In this document: positions 61,509 to 64,000 of the stretch, in pieces | How the letters are laid out: every line of letters begins with the position of its first letter | Position numbering within the stretch: position 1 is the stretch's first letter | NCBI GenBank assembly: GCA_040767085.1 | Contig: JAXGPF010000009.1 | Span: forward strand, 196,486 to 260,485 | Source of the DNA: Kiritimatiellia bacterium | Lineage (GTDB): Bacteria > Verrucomicrobiota > Kiritimatiellia > JAAZAB01 | DNA length: 64,000 nucleotides | Direction: 5' to 3' | The notes under the pieces: generated by a model | The model's input: the letters and a program-made list of their open reading frames with translations, nothing else | What the model was told of the DNA's origin: nothing | Databases searched by the model: none | Program-made: the position numbers and the translations under genes

Positions 61509-63653
61509 ATGAGTTATGCCAGAGCTGCCGCCCCGGAATTTTTCAACCGGCCCGATCAACTGATCCGGGCGGCGCTGGCGTCCGCCGCCGGGTGCGACCT
61601 GGCCACGTTCGACCTGTTCGATACCCTGCTGGTCCGGCGGATCGCGGATCCCGATTGGATCAAGGATGGCGTCGCCCGTTACATCGCCGCCCGCGCCGCG
61701 CAATGCGGGCTTGACTGCCCCTGGCAGCAGGCGCTCCAGTCGCGCGCGGCGGCCGAGCGCCGGCAACGCGCCGCCAACGGGCGCAGGCATCCGGATTGCG
61801 AAGCCGTCTATCCCGAATTTATGGCAGCCGCGCTGCAGGAAATTTTCGGCGCCCGGCAGCCGCCCAACCTGCTGGCGGATGTGACGGATTTCGAATTACG
61901 CCTGGAAAGCGCCCTGCTGGCGCCCCGGGCGGCCATGGTGGGATTGCTCCGCCAACTGCGCGCCCGCGGCTTGCGTATCTGGGCGATGACGGATATTTAC
62001 TTGCCGTCGGAGCATATCCGCGTCCTGCTGGAACGCGCCGGCCTGCTGGCGGATCTGGACGGCCTGGTTTCCTCGGCCGACTCCTGCCGGGCCAAGGCTT
62101 CCGGCGCGGCTTTTGAGGATTTGCGGGCGCGGCTGCAAGCGGATCCCGCCCGCTGGCTGCACATTGGCGACAATCCCTTCTCCGACGGACAGCGCCCGGC
62201 GGCGCTGGGCATCCGCGCCCTGGTGCTGCAGGATGCCGGCGAGGCGCACCGCAAGCGCGTCTTCCAGTCTTATGCCGCCGCGGCCGTGCGGCGGCCTTTC
62301 TGGCGCGGCCGTCTCTGGCAGCAAATGGCCATGCCCCTGGAACGCGAAAACCGCGGTGAGTCGCCCCTGTACCAGGACGGCTATAATTTTTTCGGACCGC
62401 TGGCGACGGCGTTCGTCCGGCATGTGGCCGAACAGGCCCGGGCGCGCGGGCTGCGCCGGATTTATTTCTTTTCCCGCGAGGGGCACATGTTTCTCCGCAT
62501 CTGGGAAAGCGCCCGGCCTTACTGGTTTCCAGCCGGCGGCGCGCCGGATGCGCGCTACCTGTGCGTCAGCCGTCTGGCGCTGGCGCCGGCCGCCTGCGCC
62601 CGCCAGGGATTGATACATGCCAACGCCCCCATGGCGCTCCTGCCCGCGCGCAACCGCGACCTGCGCGATGTCTGCCGGGTTTTCGGCCTGAATCCCGCGC
62701 CATTGGACGCCGTCTTCCGGAAACACCATCTGGCGCCGGATACGCCCTTGAATCCCAATTATGCCGGATGGACCAGCGCCGGCTGGGACAATTTTGACCG
62801 GCTGCTGCAGGACGTAGAATTTCAGGACGCCGTCCGCCGTCAGACGGCGGAACGCGGGCGCCTGCTGGAACGTTACCTGGAGCAGGAAGGTTTTTTTGAG
62901 CACCCGGAACTCGCCGTGGTGGATATCGGATGGCTGGGTACCATCCAGCGTTTTCTGTTCGACGCCATCGCCCATCGGCCCGATTGCCCGCGTCTGCATG
63001 GCTTCCTGCTGGCCGCCACCCACGGCATCCCCTATCCCACCGGCCCGCGGAACGATATCGACGGATTCATTTTCGACCGCCGGCGTCATAACGGGGCCGG
63101 CGGATTCATCGCCAACGCCCTGAATATTTTTGAGGAAGCCTGCCGCGAACCGGCGTCGGGAATCACCGGTTACGCGGAAACCGGCGGGCGCATCAGCCCC
63201 CTGCGCATGACCGAAGACCGCCCGGCCCGCCGGGAAGAAGCGGCGCAGGATGCCTATTACGCGCCCCTGCAACGCGGGATGCTCGATTTCGCCGCCCGCG
63301 CCGCCCCGGCCCTGGCAATCACAGGTCACCCTGCTGATGACCTGCTGCCATGGCTGAAACATATGCTGGCCATGCGCATGGCGTTCCCCGCCGCAGCGGA
63401 GGTCCGGCGCCTGCGCTGGCGCCACCACCTGGATGAATACGATGGCCGCCACAAGCCGCCTTTGCGCGTCCGCCTGCGCCTGACCGGGCTCTGGGATTTG
63501 CCGCCGGGCGTGTTGCAATGGACGCCGGGGCTTCGCACGGTGTTCTTCCTGTGGCATGCATTGGTGTGGCGCGGCCTGATTTGGCTGCGCAAAATGCTCC
63601 ACCACTTGCGCGTCCGGCGCGCTGAACGCGCCGCGGGAGGGCTGCGGGAATAG
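61509..63653 (+). CDS. HAD-superfamily hydrolase of the type found in surface-polysaccharide loci
   Basis: TFDLFDTLLVR, HIGDN..SD, FFSREG, VDIGWLGTIQ. Confidence 0.8.
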   Translation: MSYARAAAPEFFNRPDQLIRAALASAAGCDLATFDLFDTLLVRRIADPDWIKDGVARYIAARAAQCGLDCPWQQALQSRAAAERRQRAANGRRHPDCEAVYPEFMAAALQEIFGARQPPNLLADVTDFELRLESALLAPRAAMVGLLRQLRARGLRIWAMTDIYLPSEHIRVLLERAGLLADLDGLVSSADSCRAKASGAAFEDLRARLQADPARWLHIGDNPFSDGQRPAALGIRALVLQDAGEAHRKRVFQSYAAAAVRRPFWRGRLWQQMAMPLERENRGESPLYQDGYNFFGPLATAFVRHVAEQARARGLRRIYFFSREGHMFLRIWESARPYWFPAGGAPDARYLCVSRLALAPAACARQGLIHANAPMALLPARNRDLRDVCRVFGLNPAPLDAVFRKHHLAPDTPLNPNYAGWTSAGWDNFDRLLQDVEFQDAVRRQTAERGRLLERYLEQEGFFEHPELAVVDIGWLGTIQRFLFDAIAHRPDCPRLHGFLLAATHGIPYPTGPRNDIDGFIFDRRRHNGAGGFIANALNIFEEACREPASGITGYAETGGRISPLRMTEDRPARREEAAQDAYYAPLQRGMLDFAARAAPALAITGHPADDLLPWLKHMLAMRMAFPAAAEVRRLRWRHHLDEYDGRHKPPLRVRLRLTGLWDLPPGVLQWTPGLRTVFFLWHALVWRGLIWLRKMLHHLRVRRAERAAGGLRE

Positions 63654-63706
63654 CCTTGTTTACCCGCGCCGGGGATGTATTATACTGGGTAGATTGCAAA
63701 ACTAAC

Positions 63707-63985
63707 ATGCCTGCCGACACCACAGCATCGAATGCCGCCCCGGTCACGCGCGATTACGACCTGGCCGGACTCGGCAGCAGCCGCACCCTGCGCCATTTCC
63801 TGGCCTTGCGTCCGCTCCTGCTAGGCCGCCGCGAATTTGCCGGCGGCGCCGGCTGGGTCATGCCCATGAAACTCTGGCTGGTCCACCGCTGCGGACGGCT
63901 GGTCAGCCGGCCGCGCCAATGGGCGGCCCGCCTGGCAGCGCGTCTGGGTCAATTGACACGCATAGTCCGCCCGGCAAAATCATGA
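63707..63985 (+). CDS. Hypothetical protein
   Basis: 92-aa ORF preceded by TTTACC-N16-TATACT. Confidence 0.4.
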   Translation: MPADTTASNAAPVTRDYDLAGLGSSRTLRHFLALRPLLLGRREFAGGAGWVMPMKLWLVHRCGRLVSRPRQWAARLAARLGQLTRIVRPAKS

Positions 63986-64000
63986 GAGTCTCCCGCGAAA

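Noticed and set aside
61786-61800. Partial REP match (GGCATCCGGATTGCG) inside the HAD gene
   Set aside because: In-frame coding sequence with no hairpin or GTAG; probably chance.

Overview
GC-rich bacterial chromosome segment. A PVC-superphylum (Verrucomicrobiota/Kiritimatiellia-like) origin is a tentative inference from the short RpoZ, the bS22-like protein and the clustered prepilin genes. The core content is carB (partial), pyrG, clpB, a hybrid kinase/regulator pair, a fused-E1/E2/E3 2-oxoacid dehydrogenase operon, rpoZ, a polar amino-acid ABC transporter, a sugar-catabolism trio, carA-guaA-pfk-bioF, a DNA-damage cluster (mutM, umuDC, SRAP, pyrimidine-dimer glycosylase), tRNA-Ala(GGC), truA, hisG, three prepilins, an OmpA protein and a HAD hydrolase. 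Between tRNA-Ala and truA (~37.5-47.7 kb) lies a lower-GC accessory region. It starts with an intact IS1202-family-like element (15-bp target duplication). It also holds the main finding, an integrase-less integron cassette array (CALIN, ~42.07-47.38 kb, minus strand) of about six cassettes including a self-promoted mazEF. Each cassette's leading core site is complementary to its own downstream inverse core. Three attC sites, plus a truncated fourth, belong to one ~150-bp family with a canonical-looking ~90-bp attC nested inside a longer outer hairpin. Other points are a circularly permuted binding protein, an ABC ATPase with an RsbW-like tail, a 31-aa bS22-like gene missed by the ORF track and a GTAG-type REP family. 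All coordinates and alignments were read by eye.
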